From a bacterium (GTDB lineage Bacteria; Hinthialibacterota; Hinthialibacteria; Hinthialibacterales; Hinthialibacteraceae), in contig CAXXMV010000006.1 in assembly GCA_963662285.2 (NCBI GenBank), positions 1,408,001 through 1,472,000 on the forward strand: DNA of 64,000 bases. Direction: 5' to 3'. A program made the position numbers and the translations under genes. The notes under the pieces were generated by a model that was not told where the DNA came from, searched no databases, and was given only the letters and a program-made list of their open reading frames with translations. Positions 49,035-58,656 of the stretch are shown in pieces; within the stretch, counting starts at the first letter, position 1, and every line of letters begins with the position of its first letter.

Positions 49035-49838
49035 TTAGAGATAGAAGATGGTGGTGAAGATCAGGTCGGTTATGATGATTAGCAGGATGGAGAAGACTAC
49101 TGACCGGGTGGTGGAAACGCCGACGCCTTCTGCGCCGCCTTCTACTGAGAGTCCTTCATGACAGGCCACGATGGCGATAACCGCTCCGAAACCTACGCTT
49201 TTTATGAGTCCTGTGAATAAGTCGGTCAGAGTCAGGCTGGTTATGGTTCCGTTGAGGTATAGTCCCATGGACATGTTCAGATCGAAAATACCTACCATAA
49301 GACCCCCTGATATGCCGATGAAGTCATCAATGATGGTGAGGCAGGGCATCATGAAAACCAGAGCGATGAAACGGGGGACGACCAGGAAGGGAATCGGTCT
49401 AAGCGCCATGGTCTGCAAAGCCATGATTTCTTCGCCGACCACCATAGTTCCCAGTTCGGCGGTGATAGCGGCGCCAACCCGTGCGGATATCATGATGGCG
49501 GTTATCAGCGGCCCGATTTCGCGGCAGATAGTAACGCCGACCAGCCCGGAAACCATGTTGCCCGCTCCAAATTTATTGAGCTGATAAGCGCTCTGCATGG
49601 CCAGGATCAAGCCGATAAGGAAATTTATTAGTATGAGAATTGGAAGCGAGCGTAAGCCCGCTTCCAGCATCATCGAAGTTGTCGCCTCGCGGCGGATGGT
49701 TTTGGATTTCGAAAATGGAGCAATTACGACATTATACATAACAGCGGAAAAAAGAATCCATAACCGTCCAATATAAATAAAGACGCCCGCCAGTCTTGAA
49801 TTCAGCATTCCGTTAGTTTTGTCTATTTCTGCTTTCAT
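49035..49838 (-). CDS. mlaE: MlaE family ABC transporter permease
   Basis: REIGPLITAI..SARVGAAITAELGTMVVGEEIMAL, LVVPR, GGAEGVG.STT.SVV. Confidence 0.9.
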   Translation of the reverse strand: MKAEIDKTNGMLNSRLAGVFIYIGRLWILFSAVMYNVVIAPFSKSKTIRREATTSMMLEAGLRSLPILILINFLIGLILAMQSAYQLNKFGAGNMVSGLVGVTICREIGPLITAIMISARVGAAITAELGTMVVGEEIMALQTMALRPIPFLVVPRFIALVFMMPCLTIIDDFIGISGGLMVGIFDLNMSMGLYLNGTITSLTLTDLFTGLIKSVGFGAVIAIVACHEGLSVEGGAEGVGVSTTRSVVFSILLIIITDLIFTTIFYL

Positions 49839-49841
49839 AAA

Positions 49842-51299
49842 TTAAAAGTTATTGAGTTCCATTAACCAATCGTTGGTTGAATAAGGCGTTGCGTTGACTG
49901 ATGTTAGCCCCATTGCGTTAAGTAATTGGGTGTAAACGCTGAGATAGCCATAACGGGTTGTGACGACGTTAGTCTGCGCTTCAACCAGTTCGGTCAAGGC
50001 CTGGGTTACATCCAGGCTGTCGGCTAAACCTTCTTCGAAAAGGTTCAAGAAACGTTCGTGGTTTTCCTTGGCCACGATCTCTGCTTCCAGAGAAATTTCC
50101 ATGTTGCGTTGTTCTTCCTGCAATGCTAAAGCCGATTGCTCAACCAGTGTTGATATGGTTCTGATAGCGTCTTCATAGCGTTTTTGCTGAGCGTTAAGTT
50201 GGGCTTTGGTGCGTTTCATTTTGGCTATTTTTCTGCCGCCTTCAAAAATGGGAATTTCTACCTGGAAGGATAGGGCCCATTCTTCTTGTTCAAATTCGAC
50301 GCGCCCGCTTTCATTGAAACCCCAACGACCGCCAGCCGAAGCGCGGGGAGCGAATTCACCGCGTGCGATGTTAACCGACTCGCTGGTCTGGTCTACTAAT
50401 AGAGCAGCCACTTTGATGGAAGGATGAGTCTCCCTGGCTATAGCAAATAGTTTTGAATAATTCTGCACAACATCAATGTTTTTGGATGATGGATTAAAAT
50501 TAGCTAATTTATCAATTTGGAATGAATAGAGGTTGTCGATTGGGTTGCCCATGATCTGGTTTAGTTTCACTTGAGAATTTTGCAGAGCAATTTCGGATGA
50601 AACTACATCCCGCAGAGCTGAAGAACGGGATAATTGAGCGCGCAATACATCGGTGCGGATTCTCATGCCAACCTCAAAGTTGGTGGTAGCGCTGTTAAGT
50701 TGTTTGTCCGCTAAAGCCAGGCGTTGTTTTTGAACATTGAGTAGTTCCTGAGAGCGTAGGACGTCAATATACGCAACAACGGTATTATAAACTACGGCCT
50801 GTTCCTGACCGGTCTCCTGCCATTTGGCTGCTTCTTGCTTAAGTTTCGATAGTTTGATTTGGCCGATTACGGAGCGGTCGAAGATCAATTGGGATACGTT
50901 GATGCTATTGATGTAATTGGCGCCGGAGAAACCAAGTGCGCTTGGATCAAAAATGCCTGCTAAGGGAGAGTCTGCGGGCATATCAAAATCATAACGACCA
51001 GAAGTGACTTTACTCATGCTGTTTTGAAATGAAACTTGCGGCCAATAGTAGCTATAAGCTTCGCTTTTGCCGTGTTTAGAGGCTTGTGAATCGAAACGTA
51101 CGGCCATCAGTTCCCGGTTGTTTTCCAGTGAATTTTGGACTGCGTCGGATAAGGTGAGAACAGGGCGGTCGTCGGCAGTGGATTGAATTGGATCAATCAC
51201 ATTAAGAGTCAAAGAAAAGATGAAAATGCTGACAATAGAAATGCAATATATAGTTGATTTGATTTTATCAACTATTGATTTCGTGCGTATAAGATGCAT
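49842..51299 (-). CDS. TolC family outer membrane efflux protein
   Basis: LTLSDAV..SLENN, two OEP repeats (YWPQVS, FAPRAS), IPIFEGG, F.EGL...LDV.QA. Confidence 0.88.
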   Translation of the reverse strand: MHLIRTKSIVDKIKSTIYCISIVSIFIFSLTLNVIDPIQSTADDRPVLTLSDAVQNSLENNRELMAVRFDSQASKHGKSEAYSYYWPQVSFQNSMSKVTSGRYDFDMPADSPLAGIFDPSALGFSGANYINSINVSQLIFDRSVIGQIKLSKLKQEAAKWQETGQEQAVVYNTVVAYIDVLRSQELLNVQKQRLALADKQLNSATTNFEVGMRIRTDVLRAQLSRSSALRDVVSSEIALQNSQVKLNQIMGNPIDNLYSFQIDKLANFNPSSKNIDVVQNYSKLFAIARETHPSIKVAALLVDQTSESVNIARGEFAPRASAGGRWGFNESGRVEFEQEEWALSFQVEIPIFEGGRKIAKMKRTKAQLNAQQKRYEDAIRTISTLVEQSALALQEEQRNMEISLEAEIVAKENHERFLNLFEEGLADSLDVTQALTELVEAQTNVVTTRYGYLSVYTQLLNAMGLTSVNATPYSTNDWLMELNNF

Positions 51300-51489
51300 G
51301 GGGGAATTCCTCCGAGATTATATTGTAAAAAGTTTAGATACAGTTTGTATGACTTAAGTAGAATACTCAACCCTTTATAAGGAATATTGCCCAGTTTTTC
51401 TTTGGTGAATATTTGTATGTAAATAGATTCACCTGAATGTTTTTCGGAATGTGAATAAACGTTTTTATGTGAATCACTCTGATGCAGAT

Positions 51490-51521
51490 GGCGGCGAGAT
51501 TCGTTTTGGAATCTCGCCGCC
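51490..51521 (-). terminator. Hairpin after the isomerase gene
   Basis: GGCGGCGAGATTC / GAATCTCGCCGCC perfect 13-bp stem. Confidence 0.65.
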
Positions 51522-51553
51522 TGATATAATTAATCGGTATGCAGTTGATATTT

Positions 51554-52648
51554 CTATCGCTTTAATCCAAGACCTAATGTTTCTTTGCAATATTTAAGGC
51601 TTTGTTCGAGATCGAATTTTTGCTGACGTTGACTTAGTTCTTTTGATCCCTCGCCGGATGGACGTTCGGCTGGATGATCCCAGGCTTTGCCACGTTTGGC
51701 CATAGCGACGAAACGGGCGAATTCATGAGCGCGGGCTTTGGGGAAAACATCCCAGAATTCAGGAGTCAGGTATTTAAATTCGCGCGGCAGGCCGGAAATG
51801 ATTTCCAGGATGAAAGGTACTTCGGGGCAGAGTTGTTTGTAGAGTTTGAGATATGCATCCCAATTAATTTGACCGTCGCCTATGTTAGCCCAGGCGGTCA
51901 TGGCGCCGTTTTCGGTTTCCCAGACTGCGTCATCGCGGATGCCGGTGGTGACTGCATAAGGTCCGAGGATTTCTAGATTGACCATAGGATCTTCGATAGC
52001 CCAGATGGCGTTGCCGTTATCCATTGTGGCGCCTACGTAATCTTTGCCCGCTGCTTCAATGAGCATGGCCAGTTCCCAGGCTTGCATGTCGCCAGCGTGG
52101 TTTTCGATGGCGATTTTTACGCCAGCATCAATGGCTTGATTGCGAACCGCCTTGCAGGTTTTTACGGTTGCTTCAATATGGCGGTAGATGCCGCCTTCGC
52201 CCTTGCGGTCTGCTGAATGCCCCTGATAACAACGCGCCACAGGTGATCCCAGCGCTTTGGCGACGCGGATTGTTAGAGCCAGGTGCTCTTCGCTGGTTCC
52301 ATATTTGGTGATGGCGCGGGATGAGGTGGGGCAGATGCCTCCCGTTCCAGCGTGAAGTTCGATGCCAAGGTCATCGGCTTGTTTTTTGACTTCACGCAGG
52401 TATTTATCTTCCAGGCTTTCGTATACATCCAGGTCGGAAAAGAGCACTACATCAACTTTAAGCGATGCGGCGTATTTAATGATTTGGGGAGCTTTCCATC
52501 CAAAATCCCGGATGGAGAAATTATCGAAGCCCAATTTGATGTTTGATTGTTTGGCTGATGCGCTGGCCAGTAATGATGTATTCATGGCGATGGCGCCAGT
52601 CGCTAGTGCGGTTCCTATGAATTTCCTTCTATTTATCGCATCACTCAT
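51554..52648 (-). CDS. Sugar phosphate isomerase/epimerase (TIM barrel), Tat-exported
   Basis: NRRKFI; AIENHAGD; MDNGN; G.GQI.W; ILEI. Confidence 0.85.
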   Translation of the reverse strand: MSDAINRRKFIGTALATGAIAMNTSLLASASAKQSNIKLGFDNFSIRDFGWKAPQIIKYAASLKVDVVLFSDLDVYESLEDKYLREVKKQADDLGIELHAGTGGICPTSSRAITKYGTSEEHLALTIRVAKALGSPVARCYQGHSADRKGEGGIYRHIEATVKTCKAVRNQAIDAGVKIAIENHAGDMQAWELAMLIEAAGKDYVGATMDNGNAIWAIEDPMVNLEILGPYAVTTGIRDDAVWETENGAMTAWANIGDGQINWDAYLKLYKQLCPEVPFILEIISGLPREFKYLTPEFWDVFPKARAHEFARFVAMAKRGKAWDHPAERPSGEGSKELSQRQQKFDLEQSLKYCKETLGLGLKR

Positions 52649-52756
52649 GATATTCTCCCATTTATATTATGTGTCTTTGTAAAATTGTTGGTTAAACTCG
52701 ATAAAATAACTTATCATATTTCGCGGTAATTGGAAGATGGACTGGCGGTGGTTTGA

Positions 52757-52892
52757 TCAAGGGCTGAGCGCAATGCGCTCTTGCCCTTGGCGCCCATGCA
52801 GGTGGTTCAGGTGGGCTACGCTATCGCTTTTAGCCCACCCTACGCGTAGGCGTGTTTAATCAAAGGCAGAAAATACACTGCCCTTGGCGCCC
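52757..52892 (-). repeat. Mixed repeat cluster: family B, GTAG REP, family B
   Basis: 52757-52795 (B, long loop), 52810-52843 (GTAG REP), 52860-52892 (B, short loop). Confidence 0.85.
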
Positions 52893-52916
52893 CCATCTGA
52901 TGTCGGTTAGTTTTTG

Positions 52917-53594
52917 TTAACTCTTCGGCGACCCGACTGCCAGAATGTAAATCGGTTTTTCTTCCTTGGGGATGCCTAAAATATCTTTGGCTTTGGGTGT
53001 GAGTACCGAGCCGTTTGGAACGCCTCCCAATCCTAGAGGGATCAATTGCAGCAGAAGGTTTTGCGCCGCGTGTCCTCCTTCGAGGTAGACATAACGCTCC
53101 GCTTCCTCTTTGTACTTGCTATAGGTGCGTTCGATGACGGCGGATATCACGAAGACGCAGGGGGCGTCATAAGCCGAATTGGTAGATAATCCTTCTTTGG
53201 AGAGAGCATTCCAAACATTACCTGACTGCACTTGAACTGCTGCGTGTTCATCCGGCAGGTAATGATAAACTCCATCCGCTACGATGTAATAGATTTCCAA
53301 GGGATACGTCCCTCCTGCTGATGGCGCGGTGCGGTGTTGGTTGGCGGTGCGGTTGACTCCCTGGGCGGCCCATAGCAGTTGGCCGATTTGTTTTGTGGTG
53401 AGAACTTTATCAGAGAATGCGCGTGTTGATTTACGTTGCCATAAGGTCTCTTCGAGTGAAAGGTTGCCTTGTTTTTCCACTTTAGGGAACATGATTTTCT
53501 TCGGAGTTGGTTTTTGCGCTATGGCTGTGGATGTTACCAATCCGAGTAGAACTAAAAAAGAAAGAAGTTTGCCTGCGTATGATAGACTTATCAT
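52917..53594 (-). CDS. SagB/ThcOx-family nitroreductase-like dehydrogenase with signal peptide
   Basis: RKSTRAFS, QLLWAAQG, RTAPSAGGTYPLE, LEGGHAAQN. The start overlaps the upstream stop (TAATG). Confidence 0.85.
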   Translation of the reverse strand: MISLSYAGKLLSFLVLLGLVTSTAIAQKPTPKKIMFPKVEKQGNLSLEETLWQRKSTRAFSDKVLTTKQIGQLLWAAQGVNRTANQHRTAPSAGGTYPLEIYYIVADGVYHYLPDEHAAVQVQSGNVWNALSKEGLSTNSAYDAPCVFVISAVIERTYSKYKEEAERYVYLEGGHAAQNLLLQLIPLGLGGVPNGSVLTPKAKDILGIPKEEKPIYILAVGSPKS

Positions 53595-54760
53595 TATTGT
53601 TTCTCCTGTTTTATGATGCAATCCATCAGAGGATTGAATAAGTATTCTTCCATGCCGCCCCAGAAACTATCTTTTTGCATTAAGCCGCCCACGCGGACGG
53701 CTATCAGGTCGAGACTGGGGATTACCAGTAAAACCTGATTACCGGCGCCTGCGCCCATGAAGGCGTCGCGGGGGAGTTTGGCAATTACGCCATCTGAGTT
53801 AACCCACCAGGCCAGACCTGCGCGGGGGCAGGGGCCTTCGCCGGGGCCGCGGTATGGATCAGGCGTTCCGGCGTCGGAGGTGACTAATTCGACTGTTTCG
53901 GGATCGAGGATTTGCTTATCCCGCCATTTGCCTTTGCGCAGCATCAACCGGCCTACGCGGGCTACGGCGCGAGCGGTGTAGGCGCCGCCGCCCCAATTGG
54001 CGACCAGCGGAAAACCATCAACGGTGTATGTTGCGTCATAACCGCACGACCATTCGGAATCGTCCACTCCGATGGGACGCATTACCCGTTCGCGTAATAG
54101 AGTTCTGATGTCATGGTGCGGAGAATCTTTTAGGGCAACGGTCACGGCGTATGAGAGCAGCGCCATACCGGGGTTGCTGTATTCGAATGAGGTTCCCGGT
54201 TTGAATTTCATCGGCGCCCAATCGCGTGATATGGAGAAAGGATCGGGTTGTTTTTTCCAGAAGCGGGTTTTCCAGCCGCTGGATTCGAAATGCCCCATAT
54301 CTTTGACTTCGGCGTCTTCCACGCCTGATGAGTGGGTCGCCAAATGACGGATAGTGATTCCCGCGCGGGTGGGATCATCGCGCCATTGTTTGATATATTT
54401 ATCTGCGGGATCATCAATATCAATCAGACCATCCTGCAACGCGAGCAGAAGAGACATGCCGCCCACCAGGGCTTTGGCCATTGATGCGGTGTAGTGTTTT
54501 TTGTCAGGGGCGAGTTTAGGTGAATACCACTCGCAGACAACCCGGTCGCCTCGAACAATGAAGAGTCCGGCGGTGGAATGCTCTTTTAATCCGACGAGCA
54601 TCTGTTCCACTTTTGCACCGGACATGCCTTGTTCATGCGGCGTGGACTTGCGCCATTGGAATTGATGTTGTGATTGGCTCAATACAGGATTCAATAGCAA
54701 GCCAATCATGAATATGATCAACATGATTGGTTTGGTTGTATGGAAAGTTAGGTAACGCAT
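53594..54760 (-). CDS. Serine hydrolase, beta-lactamase (class C-like) family
   Basis: SxxK = SMAK; TIRHLATHSSG; PG..FEYSN; GAGNQ...VIPS.DL. Confidence 0.88.
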   Translation of the reverse strand: MRYLTFHTTKPIMLIIFMIGLLLNPVLSQSQHQFQWRKSTPHEQGMSGAKVEQMLVGLKEHSTAGLFIVRGDRVVCEWYSPKLAPDKKHYTASMAKALVGGMSLLLALQDGLIDIDDPADKYIKQWRDDPTRAGITIRHLATHSSGVEDAEVKDMGHFESSGWKTRFWKKQPDPFSISRDWAPMKFKPGTSFEYSNPGMALLSYAVTVALKDSPHHDIRTLLRERVMRPIGVDDSEWSCGYDATYTVDGFPLVANWGGGAYTARAVARVGRLMLRKGKWRDKQILDPETVELVTSDAGTPDPYRGPGEGPCPRAGLAWWVNSDGVIAKLPRDAFMGAGAGNQVLLVIPSLDLIAVRVGGLMQKDSFWGGMEEYLFNPLMDCIIKQEKQ

Positions 54761-54780
54761 GTTATCACCTATGAATCATT

Positions 54781-55947
54781 CTAGAGTGAAAGTTTGGCAT
54801 CCAGTTTTTCATTATCGGATAGCATTTCTTTCCAGGTATATTCTTTGCCCTGGTAAGCGGCGTTTCGTCCCATGATGGCGGTCAGAGTTGATTCGACTCC
54901 CTGCGCCGATTCGTTGATGTATTCTTTACTGACTACGCTATCGTAGAACGCTTTTACCTTGAGCGCTTCTGGATTCTCTTCTTCACCTTTATATGACCAT
55001 TCGTTTTCGCCGCGTATTTTGGCTGGTCCACTCAGTGAATCAAGGGCGCCTTTGGGGCCATTGAAGCGTTCACCCGCATCTCCCCAGCCCAGTTTGAGGA
55101 ATTGAGTTGATGCGAAGACGATCTCTGCGCCATTGGGATACCAGAATGTTACGCCGTAATGATCCCATGTATCGCCGACGGCGGTGCGTATTTTTCGTCC
55201 TCCGGTTCCATAGGCTTTCACTGGATGAGCATCCATTACCCAATTGCATACATCAATGACGTGGATATTCTGTTCGACCAGAATATCGCCGGATAGCACT
55301 ATGTCAAACACCCAGTTGCGAATGCGTTTTTCCTGTTCGGACATCCCCGGTTTATGTTTGGGACTGAGCCAGCCGGAATGGTAGTGGGCTTGACCGCAAG
55401 CGATTTCTCCGATGGCGCCTTGATGGACCCGTTTGACGGTTTCTTGCAGATCAGGGCGGAAACGGGATTGAAAACCGACCATGACCGTACATTTTCCATT
55501 AGCTTTCTTTCCCGCCTGGAGTACGCGGTCGGCGCCGGGGGCGTCAATCGAAACCGGTTTCTCTAGATAGACATTTTTCTGCGCAGCCATCGCCGCTTCA
55601 AAATGCTGTGGATGAAAGTAGGGCGGGCTGGTAATGATGACACTATCCACATCGGTGGATAGTAGTTTTTCATAGGCGCCGAAACCCTGAAAGGTTTTGG
55701 GTTTACTGTCTGGAAATCTGCTTTTAGTAGAATCAAGCCGGTCTTGATAAGGATCGGCCAGCGCGGTGATGCGGCTGTTGCCATATTTCGTGAAATTATC
55801 CGCATCATGATTGCCTCTTCCGCCGCATCCGATGACGCCCACGGACATCGCTGAGTTCGCTTTTGAACCAAGAGCGGCTTGTGATGTCATGACGGTGAAC
55901 GCTGTTGCTGATGTATGAATGAATTTACGTCGGGTTACATTATTCAT
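54781..55947 (-). CDS. Gfo/Idh/MocA family oxidoreductase, Tat-exported
   Basis: AAGGAG RBS; TRRKFI; IGCGGRG; SPPYFHP; LEKP; VEQNIHVID. Confidence 0.9.
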   Translation of the reverse strand: MNNVTRRKFIHTSATAFTVMTSQAALGSKANSAMSVGVIGCGGRGNHDADNFTKYGNSRITALADPYQDRLDSTKSRFPDSKPKTFQGFGAYEKLLSTDVDSVIITSPPYFHPQHFEAAMAAQKNVYLEKPVSIDAPGADRVLQAGKKANGKCTVMVGFQSRFRPDLQETVKRVHQGAIGEIACGQAHYHSGWLSPKHKPGMSEQEKRIRNWVFDIVLSGDILVEQNIHVIDVCNWVMDAHPVKAYGTGGRKIRTAVGDTWDHYGVTFWYPNGAEIVFASTQFLKLGWGDAGERFNGPKGALDSLSGPAKIRGENEWSYKGEEENPEALKVKAFYDSVVSKEYINESAQGVESTLTAIMGRNAAYQGKEYTWKEMLSDNEKLDAKLSL

Positions 55948-56255
55948 TATAGTTCTCCTTTTTTCGTGAATCAGATTGCTTGGCATAATAACATTTACTT
56001 TCGCGTTTCGACGAATCCAGTAAAGATTGGTTTTGTAGAAGACTAAAGTCAATAATTAACGAACATCATTTAGATAACTGTTATAACTTAACAAAGAACT
56101 ACTAGGAAGTTGAGAGGAGTGAAATGTTGCGATACAATTATTTTTTTTTTGATGATTCCTGATCAATCATGCTTCATCTTTCTATACAGAAATTAGATAT
56201 CTGTGTCATACTGTAGATACATAAGTTTCTGATACTGGTCTGGAGGAGTGGGGTA

Positions 56256-57578
56256 ATGCATAGAACAAAGAGCATTTCGCGGCGTAATTTTTTGGGCGGC
56301 TTTGTTGCAGCGGGCGGAGTTTTAGCGGCGCCGTATATAATTCCAGCATCGGCCTTGGGTAAAGAAGGCGCATCGGCGCCTAGTGAACGCATTACGCTTG
56401 GGATAATAGGAACCGGCAGTCATGGGGTGAGCCGTAATATAAAACGGTTTCTTCCCGAACCGGACGCCCAGATCGTGGCGGTATGCGATGTTGACCGCCA
56501 ACGGCGCGTTGACGCTAAAAAATTGATTGAAGACCGTTATGCCGAAAAGTTTGAGGGAACTTATAAGGGCTGCGATGATTATAACGATTTCCGCGATATT
56601 ATTGCGCGGGATGATATCGATGCGGTGATGGTGGCCACGCCGGATCATTGGCATGTTATCCCGTCAGTGATGGCCGCACGGGCGGGCAAGGATGTGATGT
56701 GTGAGAAGCCGCTGTCTCTCACCATTCTCGAAGGCCGCATCCTCAGCGACGCCATCAAAACACATAACCGCGTCTTTCAGACTGCCACGGAAAATCGTTC
56801 GGACGTTAATTATCACCGCATGATTGAGTTGGTGCGTAATGGCCGCATCGGAAAATTGCATACTATCCGGGTGGATTTACCGAGTGGTTTTTCTGTCCAG
56901 GAACAGAGTTATGAAGTATGCCAGCCTCCAGACGGTTTTGATTATAATATGTGGCTGGGGCAGGCGCCTGAGGCGCCTTATTGTCCAGCCCGGATTCATT
57001 GGAATTTCCGTTGGATTCTTGATTACTCAGGCGGGATGCTGACAGACTGGGGCGCTCATATGATCGATCTGGCGCAGTGGGGTAATGATTCAGAATATAC
57101 TGGGCCGATTGAGGTTGAAGGTAAAGGTGAATTTCCCAAAGAAGGTTTGTATAACACTGCGACCAAGTTCCGTATTGAATGCAAATTCGCCAATGACGTT
57201 AAGATGATCATTCGATCCAAATCTCCAGCCCTGCGGTTTGAAGGGACTGAAGGATGGATTGCCAACGATGGCTGGCGGGCGGAATTGAAAGCCAGCGATC
57301 CCAAAATACTGGAAGAAAAAATCGGTGCTGATGAATTGAAATTGTATACCTGTCCTGAAGGCGAACAGCGCAATTTTCTGGACTGTGTGAAATCCCGTGA
57401 GTTATGTTACGCTCCAGTTGAGGTTGGCCACCGTACTATCACTATCGCTCACCTGGGGAATATTTCTATGGTGCTGGGACGCAAGTTGCGTTGGAATCCT
57501 GATATAGAAAAGTTTATTAACGATCCGGTGGCTGATTGGCTGCTGTCCCGGCCCATGCGCGAACCCTGGACGTTATAA
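56256..57578 (+). CDS. Gfo/Idh/MocA family oxidoreductase, Tat-exported
   Basis: SRRNFL; IGTGSHG; TPDHWH; CEKP; DWGAHMID. Confidence 0.92.
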   Translation: MHRTKSISRRNFLGGFVAAGGVLAAPYIIPASALGKEGASAPSERITLGIIGTGSHGVSRNIKRFLPEPDAQIVAVCDVDRQRRVDAKKLIEDRYAEKFEGTYKGCDDYNDFRDIIARDDIDAVMVATPDHWHVIPSVMAARAGKDVMCEKPLSLTILEGRILSDAIKTHNRVFQTATENRSDVNYHRMIELVRNGRIGKLHTIRVDLPSGFSVQEQSYEVCQPPDGFDYNMWLGQAPEAPYCPARIHWNFRWILDYSGGMLTDWGAHMIDLAQWGNDSEYTGPIEVEGKGEFPKEGLYNTATKFRIECKFANDVKMIIRSKSPALRFEGTEGWIANDGWRAELKASDPKILEEKIGADELKLYTCPEGEQRNFLDCVKSRELCYAPVEVGHRTITIAHLGNISMVLGRKLRWNPDIEKFINDPVADWLLSRPMREPWTL

Positions 57579-57632
57579 GAATAAATTGAGTAAAGAAGCA
57601 ATTATATTTGAAAGAAATTAATTGAGGAGAAA

Positions 57633-58643
57633 GTGATGGAAATGAAAAAGTTATTTATACGGGGATTGCTGATGACTGGTTTTTTGGGATTGGCGTTGAC
57701 CTCTTTGGCGGCGGGCGACCTATGGGTTGAATATGAAGGCAAGGTAGGCATTGGCCAAGGCAAGCATATTGTTTTTGTGACCGGCGATGAAGAATACCGT
57801 TCAGAAGAATCCATGCCGCAGTTAGCCAGAATCCTGGCTAAACATCATGGATTCAAATGTACCGTGTTATTCGCTATTGATCCTAAGGATGGATCGATTG
57901 AACCCAATCAGAGTTCAAACATTCCCGGTTTGGAAATGTTGAAAGACGCCGATCTGATGGTTATCTTCACCCGCTTCCGCGACTTGCCGGACGATCAGAT
58001 GATTCATATTCTCGATTATATTAATTCCGGTAAACCCATTATTGGACTCCGTACGGCGACTCATGCCTTCAACTTCAATCAGAACAAAACTTACGCCAAG
58101 TACAGTTACAATAACAAGAGTGAAGATTGTAAGGGTGGATTCGGCCGTCAGGTTTTGGGCGAAACCTGGATCAATCATTACGGCAATCATCAGAAAGAGA
58201 GCACGCGCGGTTTGATTGCAGAGGGCGCTGAAGGTTCACCGATCGTCAAAGGGTGCGACGATATCTGGGGTCCATCGGATGTATATGGCATTACTACGCT
58301 GCATGGCGACAGTAAACCAATAATTATGGGTCAGGTTCTGGTGGGGATGAATCCCGATGATAAACCTAATGACGAAAAGAAAGCCATTCCAGTAGCATGG
58401 ACCAAGACATTTACTGGAGATAAAGGGAAAATTTCCCGCGTCTTTACCACAACCATGGGGCATAGCGGCGATTTGCAAAGCGAAGGATTCCGCCGTTTGT
58501 TAGTGAATGCATGCTTATGGGGATTGGGGATGGAGGATAAAATCCCTGACAATGCTAATGTCGAGTTGGTTGGGAAATATGATCCCAGTCCAATCGGTTT
58601 CAACAAAGCTAAAAAAGGCGTTAAACCTTCAGACCATAAATAG
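57633..58643 (+). CDS. ThuA-like domain secreted protein
   Basis: Signal peptide; GDEEYRSEES.P.LA.IL...HGF; GLRTATHAF; RVFTTTMGH. Confidence 0.8.
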   Translation: MMEMKKLFIRGLLMTGFLGLALTSLAAGDLWVEYEGKVGIGQGKHIVFVTGDEEYRSEESMPQLARILAKHHGFKCTVLFAIDPKDGSIEPNQSSNIPGLEMLKDADLMVIFTRFRDLPDDQMIHILDYINSGKPIIGLRTATHAFNFNQNKTYAKYSYNNKSEDCKGGFGRQVLGETWINHYGNHQKESTRGLIAEGAEGSPIVKGCDDIWGPSDVYGITTLHGDSKPIIMGQVLVGMNPDDKPNDEKKAIPVAWTKTFTGDKGKISRVFTTTMGHSGDLQSEGFRRLLVNACLWGLGMEDKIPDNANVELVGKYDPSPIGFNKAKKGVKPSDHK

Positions 58644-58656
58644 AGGATTATAAATA

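Noticed and set aside
42830-49035. Prophage or integrative element carrying the defence genes
   Set aside because: No integrase, tRNA target, phage genes or flanking att-like direct repeat could be found by eye.
52917-54760. RiPP (azole) biosynthesis cluster suggested by the SagB/ThcOx domain
   Set aside because: No YcaO, precursor peptide or transporter is adjacent, and stand-alone SagB-like nitroreductases are common.
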